From positions 1 through 30,124 of IMG/VR virus record IMGVR_UViG_3300045988_119602: a stretch of DNA of 30,124 nt. One strand, given 5' to 3'. The translations under genes and the position numbers were made by a program. Shown here piece by piece: positions 8,396 through 18,078 of the stretch. The notes under the pieces are model-generated. The model was not told the DNA's origin and searched no databases. It worked only from the letters and a program-made list of their open reading frames with translations. Numbering within the stretch: the first letter of the stretch is position 1; each line of letters begins with the position of its first letter. Source of the DNA: a virus.

Positions 8396-8823
8396 GTATC
8401 ACGATTGATCTTGCTGAGGCTATCGAGCATGCACTAACTGGTATCGAGAATGTGTCTGTTTTCCAGGGTTTTGTGCCTGAGTCTGTCCCTGAGTACCTGC
8501 CGAACCATATTAAACCGTATGTGGCTATCTTCATGGGCGTAGGTGCAGGGTATGAGGACATGGTCGGTTTGTGTGGCACACCTGACAATGATTCGTTGAC
8601 AGTTGACTTCACTGTTACCTGTGTGGCACAGACCACGCACGAGCTGTACGCTCTCACTGATACTGTGCGTGACCGGCTCGCAACTACAAAAATCATGGGT
8701 GACAGCTACGCAAATCTTGACTGGGCGCAAGCACAAGGGCAGGTCATGCTAACAGACTCAGAGGTCACGCCTGCACGCCTGTACACCCCATTGACCTACA
8801 CTATTACCATACCTAGGGGGTAA
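8392..8823 (+). CDS. Tail terminator-like protein (putative)
   Basis: GTGA overlap with the upstream gene. 143 aa, and the last long joining gene before the major tail protein gene (only the 55-aa ORF at 8823-8990 intervenes). The call is by synteny only. Confidence 0.5.
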   Translation: MSITIDLAEAIEHALTGIENVSVFQGFVPESVPEYLPNHIKPYVAIFMGVGAGYEDMVGLCGTPDNDSLTVDFTVTCVAQTTHELYALTDTVRDRLATTKIMGDSYANLDWAQAQGQVMLTDSEVTPARLYTPLTYTITIPRG

Positions 8824-8990
8824 TGATGGATAATTTTATGTGGCTAGTGCACCCTGAGACTAAGCGTCTCGCGTATGTGCCAGCAAGCTACATTGAGCTA
8901 TTTGGTTTTGAGGTTCCGCCGTCACAGCGCGAGCAGGAACCAGCAGAGCCAATAGAATACACCTACACTGTCGAGTCTGAGGAGGACTAA
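8823..8990 (+). CDS. Small acidic hypothetical protein (55 aa, below the ORF-track cutoff)
   Basis: Hand translation gives MMDNFMWLVHPETKRLAYVPASYIELFGFEVPPSQREQEPAEPIEYTYTVESEED. It has a TAATG overlap with the upstream stop, fills the 8824-8992 gap exactly, and its end carries the GAGGAGG RBS of the next gene. Confidence 0.4.
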   Translation: MMDNFMWLVHPETKRLAYVPASYIELFGFEVPPSQREQEPAEPIEYTYTVESEED

Positions 8991-8992
8991 AA

Positions 8993-9547
8993 ATGGCTGA
9001 TTCTTCGCCGGGACGCACCTACGCGGGTGCCAAATTAAAGCTTATGCTTATCCCTATGGGCGGTGTTGTCTCTATGGACAAGCCCAAGATAGCTGAACTG
9101 AATGCTACTACCGCACTCGATATTTCGTGTGCAGCTATCAAGTCTCAAACCAAGATCGGGTCTACTGACTCTGAAACCATTGACGGCATGGCTGCGGTCT
9201 GTGAAGACACAAATGCTAAGGCTTGGGGTCAGTCCAATGCTGAGGTTGAGCTTGCTATCTTCCGTTACTTTCAGGAAGGCGCTAACGGCGGTAAGTTCGA
9301 CCCTATGCGTGACAAGATTTTCCAGATGCTCAAGAACAAGGGCACCGAAGCATATGTTGTTACCCGCCACACCAACAAGCCGTACTACGAGCCGTTCGCG
9401 GAAGGCGACGAAATCAGCATCTACGCATGCTCATTCGACCAGCCCCACCCCGTCAATGAAGCAGCTGACCGTACCTCTGGTTATATCCGTACCATTCACA
9501 AGTGCCAGGTTACTGGTTTCCGCGAGTTTATTTCTGTGGTAGCATAG
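8993..9547 (+). CDS. Major tail protein
   Basis: 184 aa with a strong RBS (gaggagga). It is followed by a strong intrinsic terminator and then by the chaperone pair and tape measure. Confidence 0.7.
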   Translation: MADSSPGRTYAGAKLKLMLIPMGGVVSMDKPKIAELNATTALDISCAAIKSQTKIGSTDSETIDGMAAVCEDTNAKAWGQSNAEVELAIFRYFQEGANGGKFDPMRDKIFQMLKNKGTEAYVVTRHTNKPYYEPFAEGDEISIYACSFDQPHPVNEAADRTSGYIRTIHKCQVTGFREFISVVA

Positions 9548-9579
9548 TAATGTGTCTTGAGTGAGTGAGTGATACAATG

Positions 9580-9627
9580 TTGGGTGTCTCCCCTATGGTG
9601 GTTGGGGGAGACACCCAATATTTTTTA
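9580..9627 (+). terminator. Rho-independent terminator after the major tail protein gene
   Basis: 14-bp perfect stem (ttgggtgtctcccc 9580-9593 / ggggagacacccaa 9605-9618), 11-nt loop, then tatttttta. Confidence 0.85.
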
Positions 9628-9660
9628 CCCATCACACCACCAGATGAGGGAGAAAACCTA

Positions 9661-10215
9661 ATGGCTAAGAACACTACTGAAAACACTTTCAACCTCTCCG
9701 AGTGGCTGTCTGGTGCAGACCAGTACAAGCTTCACCGCGAGACCCTGCTGCTGTTGAATCCTGATGATATGGCAGGCCTCGCAGAAGTAGAAGAGCAGAT
9801 CGAAAAGCTAGAAGCGTTGCGTTCCGAGGGTGAGAGAGACGACATGGAGACTGTCGCCTCCGAGTCGCTGGAAGGTGAGCTTGCCGCACTGTATGAGCAG
9901 GTAGAAGAAATTACTGCTAACGCTAAGACTGCTACTTTCCGTACACGCGTCCTCAACGATGCTGAGCTGAAAGAAATCAATGCGGACTGGAAGAAAGACA
10001 CGGGCAAAGATGAAGTAGACACCGAGGATTTGACTTGGTGGGCGCGCGTATTCCAGCTAACTGCCACCCTTGAGGGGCAGTCACTCGCCGCGTCTCAGTG
10101 GCTGAAGCTCGCGGACACCTTGGGCGGGCAATTCGTCAAATGCCTATCGACTTATGGTGAAGCTCGCGCAGCCGAAGCAACCTTAGAGGTGTCGCCCCGA
10201 TTTCGTCGCCGATAG
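9661..10215 (+). CDS. Tail assembly chaperone (gpG-like)
   Basis: ATG 9661 follows GAGGGAG. The track ORF start at 9565 lies across the terminator hairpin and was rejected. The product is acidic and lies directly upstream of the tape measure gene. Confidence 0.7.
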   Translation: MAKNTTENTFNLSEWLSGADQYKLHRETLLLLNPDDMAGLAEVEEQIEKLEALRSEGERDDMETVASESLEGELAALYEQVEEITANAKTATFRTRVLNDAELKEINADWKKDTGKDEVDTEDLTWWARVFQLTATLEGQSLAASQWLKLADTLGGQFVKCLSTYGEARAAEATLEVSPRFRRR

Positions 10216-10612
10216 CCTAATTGAAGAAGAAAACGCGGCGGCTGTACTCGTAATGCGTGCAGCCGCCCGTTGGGGCAAACCGCCATCAGCAATGCTACTA
10301 GGTGACAGTACCCGCGACTGGACAGACCGCGACATGACCGCCGCCTTGGGATGGGAAATCTACCAAGCAGAACTATGCCACGAATGCGGCAACCCACGCA
10401 AAAAATGCCGCGAAGGACACACACAATTCGAGGTCGAAACGTACACATGTAAGGCGAAAGAAGCTGTCGAGCAAATTACGCAGCGGGAAGACTACAAGCC
10501 CCGCCCAGGCGATATTCTTGTTCCAGAGCCTTACGACGCTACAGAAGACCCAGCGTACCTAGACCTACTAGAATGGCAGCAACAACTAGCTGAGGAAGAG
10601 CAGGAGAACTAG
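10196..10612 (+). CDS. Tail assembly chaperone extension (gpT-like segment), reachable only in the +1 frame of the gpG-like gene
   Basis: The +1 frame is open from 10187 to the stop at 10610-10612. No RBS precedes the internal ATG at 10253. The segment contains an ELCHECGNP motif that I recall from actinophage gpT-type segments. It ends 1 nt before the tape measure start. Confidence 0.55.
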   Translation, partial: PDFVADSLIEEENAAAVLVMRAAARWGKPPSAMLLGDSTRDWTDRDMTAALGWEIYQAELCHECGNPRKKCREGHTQFEVETYTCKAKEAVEQITQREDYKPRPGDILVPEPYDATEDPAYLDLLEWQQQLAEEEQEN

Positions 10613-10613
10613 C

Positions 10614-13600
10614 ATGGCACGAACAGGCGGATCACGCGGCGGCAAATCAAACGCTGCACAAACCGTAACTATCCAGCTACGGGCAGACACCAAGAACTTT
10701 GTCGCCGGTGTGACCGCCGCCGCCAACAGTGCACGCAACGCAGCCAACCAGGCAGCACGCGAAACAGCCAAAGCAACAGCCAATGCAGCCAAAGCAGCAC
10801 AAGCCGAAGCAACCAAAGGCTCCGCCCAATCAGCCGCCGCAGCCGCACGCGAAGCAGGACGCGCAGCCGCAGCCGCCGCATCAACAGCAGCACGCGAACG
10901 CGTAGGCGTAATAAGCGGCATGACACGAGCAGAAAAAGCCGCATACCGCGAAGCCGCAGAAGCCGCAAAAGCAAGCGCGGGCAGTATTACCGGTGTAATG
11001 CAGAACGCATCACGTACCGCTAGTGTTGGTTGGCGTGATTATGCGTCGGCTGTGAAGTCGAGTGTGTCTTCTGCTGCGTCTGCGGCCGGCAATGCGTTCA
11101 AGAACTCTAATTTTGGCTCTGCCGTAATGTATAACCAGTTTACGACTGGTATTCGTTCTGCTTTTTCTAGTGCTAAGGATTCGGTGGCTGGCGCGTTTGG
11201 GGCTATGGCGGATCGTGGTAGGGCTATGGTGTCGTCTGTTGGCGGGTATTTCCGTGATTTGAGTAATGAGGCGCGTACGCTAGCAAAAAACATCCTGTCA
11301 AACCGTGAAGCGCTGGATCATATAGCGACGGGCGCTGCGCTTGGTGGTGCCGCGTTGACGGCTGGTTTTGGTTATGCTGTGAAGCAGTACGCCGATTTCG
11401 ATAAGGCTATGTCGCAGGTGCAGGCGGCTACGCATGAGACTGCCGGGAATATGGAGAAGCTGCGCACGGCTGCTATGAAGGCTGGTGCGGATACTAAGTA
11501 CTCTGGCTCTGAGGCGGCTAATGGCATTGAAGAGCTGGCTAAAGCAGGTGTCGAGACTAAGGACATTCTCTCTGGTGGTCTTGATGGTGCTTTGGCGCTC
11601 GCGGCTGCAGGTAATATTGAGGTTGGTGAGGCTGCGGAGCTTGCGGCTACCGCTATGACGCAATTCGGTTTGAAAGGCTCGGATATTGGGCATGTTGCCG
11701 ACCTTCTAGCGGCTGGCGCTGGTAAAGCGCAGGGTAGTGTTGGCGACCTTGGGTACGCCTTGAAACAGTCTGGTCTTGTTGCTGCACAGACTGGTCTTTC
11801 CATTGAGGAAACTACGGGCACACTGGCGGCGTTCGCGTCTGCTGGTCTGGTAGGCTCGGATGCGGGTACCTCGTTCAAGGTCATGCTGCAAAAGCTACAA
11901 AACCCCTCCAAGGAAGCGGCTGGGCTTATGGCTGAGTACGGCATCTCACTGTACAATGCTGAGGGCAAGTTCAAGGGTATTACCGCTGTCGCTGGCGATT
12001 TGAAACGCGGTCTACAGAACCTTACCCCTGCCCAGCGTGACGCTGCGCTCGCTACCATTTTCGGGTCTGATGCTGTGCGTGCAGCTAACGTTCTCTACAC
12101 TCAAGGCCAGGAAGGTATCCAGGGCTGGATTGAGAAGACTAATGACGCTGGCTACGCTGCGTCTACGGCTGCTATCCAGCAGGACAACCTAGCAGGCGAC
12201 ATTGAGAAGCTGGGCGGCGCGATAGATTCGCTAATCCTTGGATCGTCTGGCGGGTTCTCTACATTTTTCCGTGGCGTTGTACAAATGGCTACATCCTTCA
12301 TTGATGTACTCTCTAAAGTTCCTGCACCTATTATGGCTGTAAACCTTGGCTTTATTGGTATATCAGGTGCCGCGCTGTTGGCTGTTGCTGCTGGTGCGAA
12401 GCTGATTACATCTTTCCAGACTATCCGAGCGACTCTGGCTACTATTCGTGGTGCTGAGGCCGCGGGTGGTGTGCGTGCAACTGCTGCGGCTGTTGGGGAG
12501 ATCGGCGAGCATGCGGAGCGGTCAGAGTCAAAGTTGGGTCGACTAGGTAAGGGTATTGGTAAGGTTGCCGCTGCTGCTGGTATCGCAGCAAACGCTATCG
12601 GTCTGCTCGGTGCTGCAACACAGCACGACCTGAACATTTCAAGTGTTGACTCGTTCACTAACTCTCTAGCTAATGCTGGTAGTGGACTAGGTGACATAAA
12701 CTCCGCGTACATCAATTTGTCAGGTCAAAAGTCGAATTTCTTTATGGCTGAGGTACCTAAGATAAACTCCATGTCTGATGCGTTGCTGAAGGTCAAAGCA
12801 TCTAATGAAAACTGGTGGGAGTCCATGCAGCAGAGCGGCGCGCAGATGCTCGGCTGGAAAACATCAGTAGACCTCGTGAATGACACTACAAAGAACCTTG
12901 ACGAGTCTCTAGGCAACTTGTACAAGACAAACCGCGATCAGGCCACCACAACATTCCGTGAGATAGTCGAGCAGACAAACCGCCTCGCCTCTGAGACTGG
13001 AAAGGCTGGTCTATCTGTTGACGAGTACAGGCAGAAATTCCCTGAGCTGCAAAAAGCTGTGGAAGAGTACGCAACCCAGCTTGGCGTGTCTCTTACTGAT
13101 GAAGAGAAATATCAGGCCATGATGGGTAACATGCCTCCGAAGCTGCAAGAGGCTGCGCGCGCCCATGAGGAATTACAGCACAAGCTGGAGGTTCAGAAGA
13201 ACTCGCTCGATGAAGGTTCTGCCGCGATGCAGGGGCTTTCTGGTGAAGCTCAGGAGATGGCTAAGTGGGTTGAGGGCGCTGGTTCGGCGGTTGAAGACCT
13301 TGATAAGGGTTTGAAGATGCTCGCGGGTGGGTTTGCTGACTCGACTAAGAGCATGGCTGACTATTACAAGTCCATGGATGATTTGTCTGAGGCTATCCAG
13401 AAGAACTCTGCTGCGTATGATGGGCAGACGAAAACTTTCGATCAGACTACGAAGGCTGGGCAGAAGCTGAATGATGCTTTTGCTAAGATGGCGCAGGAAG
13501 GTATTCAGGCTTCGTCTGCTGTTGCCCGCCAGGGCGGCGACTATGAGGCTGTTAAAGCGCATATTCATGGTGTGATTGATACGCTACGTCAGTCTGCGTT

Positions 13601-14480
13601 GCAGATGGGCTTGACCTCTGATGAGGCGGAACAGCTTATTCATTCGATTTACGCTATCCCAGATCGTGTGGATATTAATACTTGGGCGGATACTACGGCT
13701 GCACGTGTTATGACTTCGTTGAATAATGATATTGAGCGGATGCCACGCGAGGTTGTTATTGGTACGCAGGTGTTTGGTGTGGATGCGGCTACTGGTAAGC
13801 TGAAGTATTTGCGTGAGGCTAGTGATGCTGCGGGTGGGGATATAAATATTAATGCTCATGCTAATACGAATCAGGCAACAAGTGCGTTGAACGGTGTTAT
13901 TAATAATGCTAACCGTGTCCCTGGGTGGACTAGTACCACGGCATACGCGTATACTGGGCAAGCTAATTCTAATGTGAATAGCTACCGCTCTAATTTAGCG
14001 CAGATTCCGAGCACGAAAACAACACATCTACGTGTAGTGAGTGACTCATTTGACGCACCAGCAGGCAGAAGTTCTTTTAAGTGGCGTGCGCCACATGCAC
14101 ACGGCGGTATGGTACAAGGCTTTGCATCTGGCGGTGTTATCCCTGGGCGTGAGCCGCTGTCTCGGTGGACTGATAATGTGCCTGCTGTTACTGATGCTGG
14201 TTCGCCGCTCATGGTGCGTTCTGGTGAGTTTATTGTGAATGCTGATGCCACCCGTAGGCACCGGGGGCTTCTGGAGCGTATCAATTCGGGCGATTTTGTC
14301 AGGGGCTTCTCTGCTGGCGGGGCTGTGTCAGGTCGGCGCGAGTTTGTGGCACCTACACAAGCGCCTGACCTGTATAATCAGATAGTCGATGCGCTGTCGA
14401 ATTGGCGGCCTATGGTGAATATTGATGGGCGACAGTTCTACGGCACGATGCGTTCAACAACTTTGCAGGCACGGAGGTAA
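10614..14480 (+). CDS. Tail tape measure protein
   Basis: 1288 aa. It has the TP901-type core (ADFDKAMSQVQAAT....KYSGSEAANGIEELAKAG....GSVGDLGYALKQSG...), hydrophobic central segments and a C-terminal GGMVQGFASGGVIPG motif. Confidence 0.95.
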   Translation: MARTGGSRGGKSNAAQTVTIQLRADTKNFVAGVTAAANSARNAANQAARETAKATANAAKAAQAEATKGSAQSAAAAAREAGRAAAAAASTAARERVGVISGMTRAEKAAYREAAEAAKASAGSITGVMQNASRTASVGWRDYASAVKSSVSSAASAAGNAFKNSNFGSAVMYNQFTTGIRSAFSSAKDSVAGAFGAMADRGRAMVSSVGGYFRDLSNEARTLAKNILSNREALDHIATGAALGGAALTAGFGYAVKQYADFDKAMSQVQAATHETAGNMEKLRTAAMKAGADTKYSGSEAANGIEELAKAGVETKDILSGGLDGALALAAAGNIEVGEAAELAATAMTQFGLKGSDIGHVADLLAAGAGKAQGSVGDLGYALKQSGLVAAQTGLSIEETTGTLAAFASAGLVGSDAGTSFKVMLQKLQNPSKEAAGLMAEYGISLYNAEGKFKGITAVAGDLKRGLQNLTPAQRDAALATIFGSDAVRAANVLYTQGQEGIQGWIEKTNDAGYAASTAAIQQDNLAGDIEKLGGAIDSLILGSSGGFSTFFRGVVQMATSFIDVLSKVPAPIMAVNLGFIGISGAALLAVAAGAKLITSFQTIRATLATIRGAEAAGGVRATAAAVGEIGEHAERSESKLGRLGKGIGKVAAAAGIAANAIGLLGAATQHDLNISSVDSFTNSLANAGSGLGDINSAYINLSGQKSNFFMAEVPKINSMSDALLKVKASNENWWESMQQSGAQMLGWKTSVDLVNDTTKNLDESLGNLYKTNRDQATTTFREIVEQTNRLASETGKAGLSVDEYRQKFPELQKAVEEYATQLGVSLTDEEKYQAMMGNMPPKLQEAARAHEELQHKLEVQKNSLDEGSAAMQGLSGEAQEMAKWVEGAGSAVEDLDKGLKMLAGGFADSTKSMADYYKSMDDLSEAIQKNSAAYDGQTKTFDQTTKAGQKLNDAFAKMAQEGIQASSAVARQGGDYEAVKAHIHGVIDTLRQSALQMGLTSDEAEQLIHSIYAIPDRVDINTWADTTAARVMTSLNNDIERMPREVVIGTQVFGVDAATGKLKYLREASDAAGGDININAHANTNQATSALNGVINNANRVPGWTSTTAYAYTGQANSNVNSYRSNLAQIPSTKTTHLRVVSDSFDAPAGRSSFKWRAPHAHGGMVQGFASGGVIPGREPLSRWTDNVPAVTDAGSPLMVRSGEFIVNADATRRHRGLLERINSGDFVRGFSAGGAVSGRREFVAPTQAPDLYNQIVDALSNWRPMVNIDGRQFYGTMRSTTLQARR

Positions 14481-14485
14481 AAACC

Positions 14486-15337
14486 TTGAGTTCGTACCCT
14501 ATGATGATTGGACAGCAAGCCTCCTTTATGCAGGTACGAGGCGGCTCTACAGAGCAGGTGAACTACTCTTTCGCTAACCGCCAGGTGCAGCAGTCTGCTA
14601 CTGGTGCGCGTAGGTTTTCTTTCTATGGTCGCCCTCAGGCGCTAAAAGATTTCTCGGCTACATTCCGTGTTGCAGGTAAAGATCGTGAGAAAGTCGAAAT
14701 GATGCTCATGAACGCTGCTTATAATGTGCACAATTTGAGTACGTATTATCCTTTGACTATTTTTCCGGCAGGGTCTCAGGTTGAGAACCTGCTGACTGAG
14801 CGTGACTCTATGATGCTGCCTGCTGCTGTTAATGGCGGGGCTACACTTTCTGGTGGCGACGTTGATGAGTATGACCGATCTATTTTCTACCGCGATTTAT
14901 ATTCGGTAACTAAAAATGTACATATAGTGAATAACCAGCCATTGCCTTTCGGTAGACAAGAGTATAACTTCAGTGCCGTGCTATCGCCTGGTGCTACTAT
15001 AAATATTGCGATAGATATTGCTGGAGCCAAGACTATAACCTACACTCTTTCGCGTGGCTCGAATGATGGCTTATTTCCAACGCGCAAGGCAATCTGGTTT
15101 ACTCTTGACGCTAACCCGATCAGCTTTTCCGTTACCGCAATAGAAGGCGAACTTGGATACCCAAGCCTGACTACTGGTAGGGAGATGAAGGCGTGGACAC
15201 CTGGCAGGTGTATTCAGAATGTTGCGCTAACCGAGTTGTCTTCGCAGAAGCTTCGCGGTATGACTGGTATGCCACCTATTTATGAGTATCAGTGCAAGTT
15301 TATTGAAGTCGGAGCAGGTAGGGAAAAGGTTGTGTAA
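14486..15337 (+). CDS. Distal tail protein (Dit-like, putative)
   Basis: TTG 14486 lies 7 nt after GGAGGT. 283 aa, and the first gene after the tape measure. Confidence 0.55.
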   Translation: MSSYPMMIGQQASFMQVRGGSTEQVNYSFANRQVQQSATGARRFSFYGRPQALKDFSATFRVAGKDREKVEMMLMNAAYNVHNLSTYYPLTIFPAGSQVENLLTERDSMMLPAAVNGGATLSGGDVDEYDRSIFYRDLYSVTKNVHIVNNQPLPFGRQEYNFSAVLSPGATINIAIDIAGAKTITYTLSRGSNDGLFPTRKAIWFTLDANPISFSVTAIEGELGYPSLTTGREMKAWTPGRCIQNVALTELSSQKLRGMTGMPPIYEYQCKFIEVGAGREKVV

Positions 15338-17592
15338 TGAGGTCTGATTTTCCACCACCACAGGTTATAAAAACAGAGGCTGAGATAGCCAAACATGGTG
15401 TGACTGTTATCAACGCATCCGTAAGGATTGACGGCGTCGATAAGGGTATGCATGAGGTGACTATCAGCCAGTCTGCCTCTAAAGATGCGGCGGGTCGACT
15501 CGCCACTAATGATGGTTTCTCTAACTCGGGTGCTACTATTACGTGGGATTTGCCTATGGGTGCGACACCTGATTTTGTTAGCATGTCTGCTTCGGCTGAT
15601 CGCCCTGATTTTGCTGATAAATTTAGTATCCCTTATTTGGGTGATAAGGTAGAGATTTTTCTGCACAAGTCGCCAGCATCCAGCCCTAAACAGTACTACA
15701 GTAAAGTGTTTACCGGTACCGTATCCCTGAACCGTATCGACTCAAACACTGGCGGCCTGGTGACTGAATGTATAGACTATGCGGATAAGTTGTCGAAGGT
15801 TGTTGACGTGTTGCCGCTGTCGTACATTATGCCTGGTCGCCGCCGTACTGATAATATTCGTTTCTATCCTGGTGTGTCTCTGACATATTTTGTTTGGGAT
15901 ATTTTGGAGCAGTGCGGGTATTCGCCTGCTGCACGCTCGAAGCTGCCTAACGAGGACAATAAACAGGTTCTCCTGTATGCCCCGTTGCAGGGTAGCTACA
16001 TGTGTAACTGGCGGCGCGGGCACGGGCAGCTAATCGGCGCGTCTGGTGGTAGTAAGTGGGGCGATCAGTCGCAGCCTATATTTTACTATGATTTCAATGA
16101 GGGCACCTCATACCTGCATCAGGGGCACGCTACATATGAGACAGCGAATGGGCATAATAAGACGTATTCTAAGGGTCGCCCGCTAATTCTGCGTGGGAAG
16201 AATAGCAGGAATAGGTCTAATGAAGCGTGGATCAATATTTATTGTGAGCGCGGTAATGATAAGGACGCGGTGCGTTTCGGTATCCTCAAGGACGGGTCTA
16301 TCGCCCTGGATACTGTCGAGAAGAGCATGAAGCTGCAACCTGGTGCGCGTTTTGAACTGAAAATTGAGGGTAACCGTTGGCGTGTAGACCAAGAGAATGG
16401 CGAGTATGCTACCGGTACGCTGCCTGATACCAGGTTGCGTGACGGTGGTAACCTTTATGCTGTAGAGGTTTTCGCTGCGCCTGGTGGGCATATTTCTGAT
16501 GTGCTTCTGTTGAATGGTGATTTGCCGTTTCAGGATAGGGTTATGGCGCGTGTTGCTCCGCCTATGCATTCGCTATCACTGAATTTTTTCAGGTCTGTTC
16601 GCGGTCGTGTTGCACGGGAGGTTTTGCAGGAAGTCGCGGAATATTTCTCGTGTATGATGTGGCATGATGCTGACGGGTATCTGAATTTTATTAATGTCCC
16701 TAGGGAGATAAAAAACAAACCTAGAATGCGTATTGATGCGGATGAGATTATTTCTGCTGATGTTACGCAAGATTCATCTAAGATAGCGTCTGTGGTGAAC
16801 GTATCGTACAATGTTCCGCAGTTTTCGCGTATGGGTATTAGGGGTAATGATGCGCCAGTCGTGTTGTGGCAAGGCCCTGGTGGACAGCTTGCACCTAATG
16901 AGTCGCGTGAGACCTGGTTCTCCCCTGCAGATACAGAGGACTGGTTCGAGACTGATACGCAGCTAAATTATGACTTCTTCTATTTGTTTACGATAAACAG
17001 TGTCCCTAATACTGGTGCTGACCCGCAGCATGACGCGGCAATGCACAAAATGTACCACGGGTCTGTTGGTGAATACATGTGGCCTGCTGGCGCTACTGAA
17101 GCACAGTTTGAGCAGTATGTCGATGGCGTGAACCCGTTCCAGTTCATTCTGCGCGAGAAGAATTTGCAGCCTGGCTCTGTTATTGAGGCGCGTTTCCCTA
17201 CTCAACGTGAGGCGCACGGCATGATGGAGGATCTGGCAGGTAAGCCTACACCTATTATTCGTGGCGGCTTGAAGGTCGATTTTAGCGGGAATAGGAACAC
17301 GGCACATTACGACCAGCTTACTATCCCTCTTTCTATTCCTGCTCTCGAATTAGATGTTGGTGTTTGGGGCAATACTCCGCAGATTGCTATTAAGATTGCT
17401 GAGGATATTGCTACTATGGCGCGTTCTCGTATTCAGATTCCGAGTCTTACCATTTTTTTCCGTCCGGATATTAAAATTGGTGAGACGTATACTGTTGAAC
17501 TGCCTAGCGGTGGCAACCTGAATGTCATTATTACTGGTGTTAGTCATGTGCCAGCTGATAATCAGACGCGGCTAACATGCCGTGTCTTCTAA
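15337..17592 (+). CDS. Tail-associated / minor tail protein (Tal-like, putative)
   Basis: TAATG overlap with the upstream gene. 751 aa, and the second gene after the tape measure. Confidence 0.55.
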   Translation: MRSDFPPPQVIKTEAEIAKHGVTVINASVRIDGVDKGMHEVTISQSASKDAAGRLATNDGFSNSGATITWDLPMGATPDFVSMSASADRPDFADKFSIPYLGDKVEIFLHKSPASSPKQYYSKVFTGTVSLNRIDSNTGGLVTECIDYADKLSKVVDVLPLSYIMPGRRRTDNIRFYPGVSLTYFVWDILEQCGYSPAARSKLPNEDNKQVLLYAPLQGSYMCNWRRGHGQLIGASGGSKWGDQSQPIFYYDFNEGTSYLHQGHATYETANGHNKTYSKGRPLILRGKNSRNRSNEAWINIYCERGNDKDAVRFGILKDGSIALDTVEKSMKLQPGARFELKIEGNRWRVDQENGEYATGTLPDTRLRDGGNLYAVEVFAAPGGHISDVLLLNGDLPFQDRVMARVAPPMHSLSLNFFRSVRGRVAREVLQEVAEYFSCMMWHDADGYLNFINVPREIKNKPRMRIDADEIISADVTQDSSKIASVVNVSYNVPQFSRMGIRGNDAPVVLWQGPGGQLAPNESRETWFSPADTEDWFETDTQLNYDFFYLFTINSVPNTGADPQHDAAMHKMYHGSVGEYMWPAGATEAQFEQYVDGVNPFQFILREKNLQPGSVIEARFPTQREAHGMMEDLAGKPTPIIRGGLKVDFSGNRNTAHYDQLTIPLSIPALELDVGVWGNTPQIAIKIAEDIATMARSRIQIPSLTIFFRPDIKIGETYTVELPSGGNLNVIITGVSHVPADNQTRLTCRVF

Positions 17593-17608
17593 AGAATGGA
17601 GTTAGTGT

Positions 17609-18076
17609 ATGGGTTATGCGACTGTGCGCGGTAGGTTTTTGAATCCTGCTGCACCTGTTGGCAGGAATGCTCGCCCGCTGCGTGGAAAGATTATTTTTCG
17701 TCCTACTAGCCTTGTGGTGTCGGGGTCGGCTACTTCGCTTCCTGTGGAGGTGACGGCTGAGCTGGATTCTAGCGGGTATCTGTCGTATGAGGGTGAGCGT
17801 GATATTCGTCTGCTTGCGCCTGATGGTGGGCAGGATGCCCCTGCTTGGTGGTCGTGGGAGGCTCACGCGCGTCTTTATACTGATGGTGGGGTGATCCCGC
17901 GTGACCCGGTTGTGTTTACTTTGCAGGCTGGGGATGCATTGGACATTGCTGAGATTTTCGCGGCACCTTACCGTCGCGGTAATGTGCGGAATGTTGAGCA
18001 GGGCGGCGGAGGGTCGCCGCGTGACTACCGCGTTGTTGATAATGGTGACGGCACTGCCCGTATTGAGGAGGTCTAA
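17609..18076 (+). CDS. Hypothetical tail/baseplate protein
   Basis: 155 aa with RBS ggag, embedded between Tal-like and fibre genes. Confidence 0.6.
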   Translation: MGYATVRGRFLNPAAPVGRNARPLRGKIIFRPTSLVVSGSATSLPVEVTAELDSSGYLSYEGERDIRLLAPDGGQDAPAWWSWEAHARLYTDGGVIPRDPVVFTLQAGDALDIAEIFAAPYRRGNVRNVEQGGGGSPRDYRVVDNGDGTARIEEV

Positions 18077-18078
18077 TT

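Noticed and set aside
9558-9572. (GTGA)n microsatellite
   Set aside because: It has only about 3.5 units, which is too short for meaningful phase variation. I interpret it simply as stop codons in all frames after the tail gene.
9565-9660. N-terminal extension of the chaperone ORF (track start 9565)
   Set aside because: The extension would be translated across the 14-bp-stem terminator and T-run. ATG 9661 has a proper GAGGGAG RBS.
10586-12715. Several 100-230-aa minus-strand ORFs (10586-10921, 10669-10974, 11372-12058, 12152-12715)
   Set aside because: All are antisense to the tape measure gene in Ala/Gly-rich regions where stops are rare. None has an RBS or a sensible neighbour.
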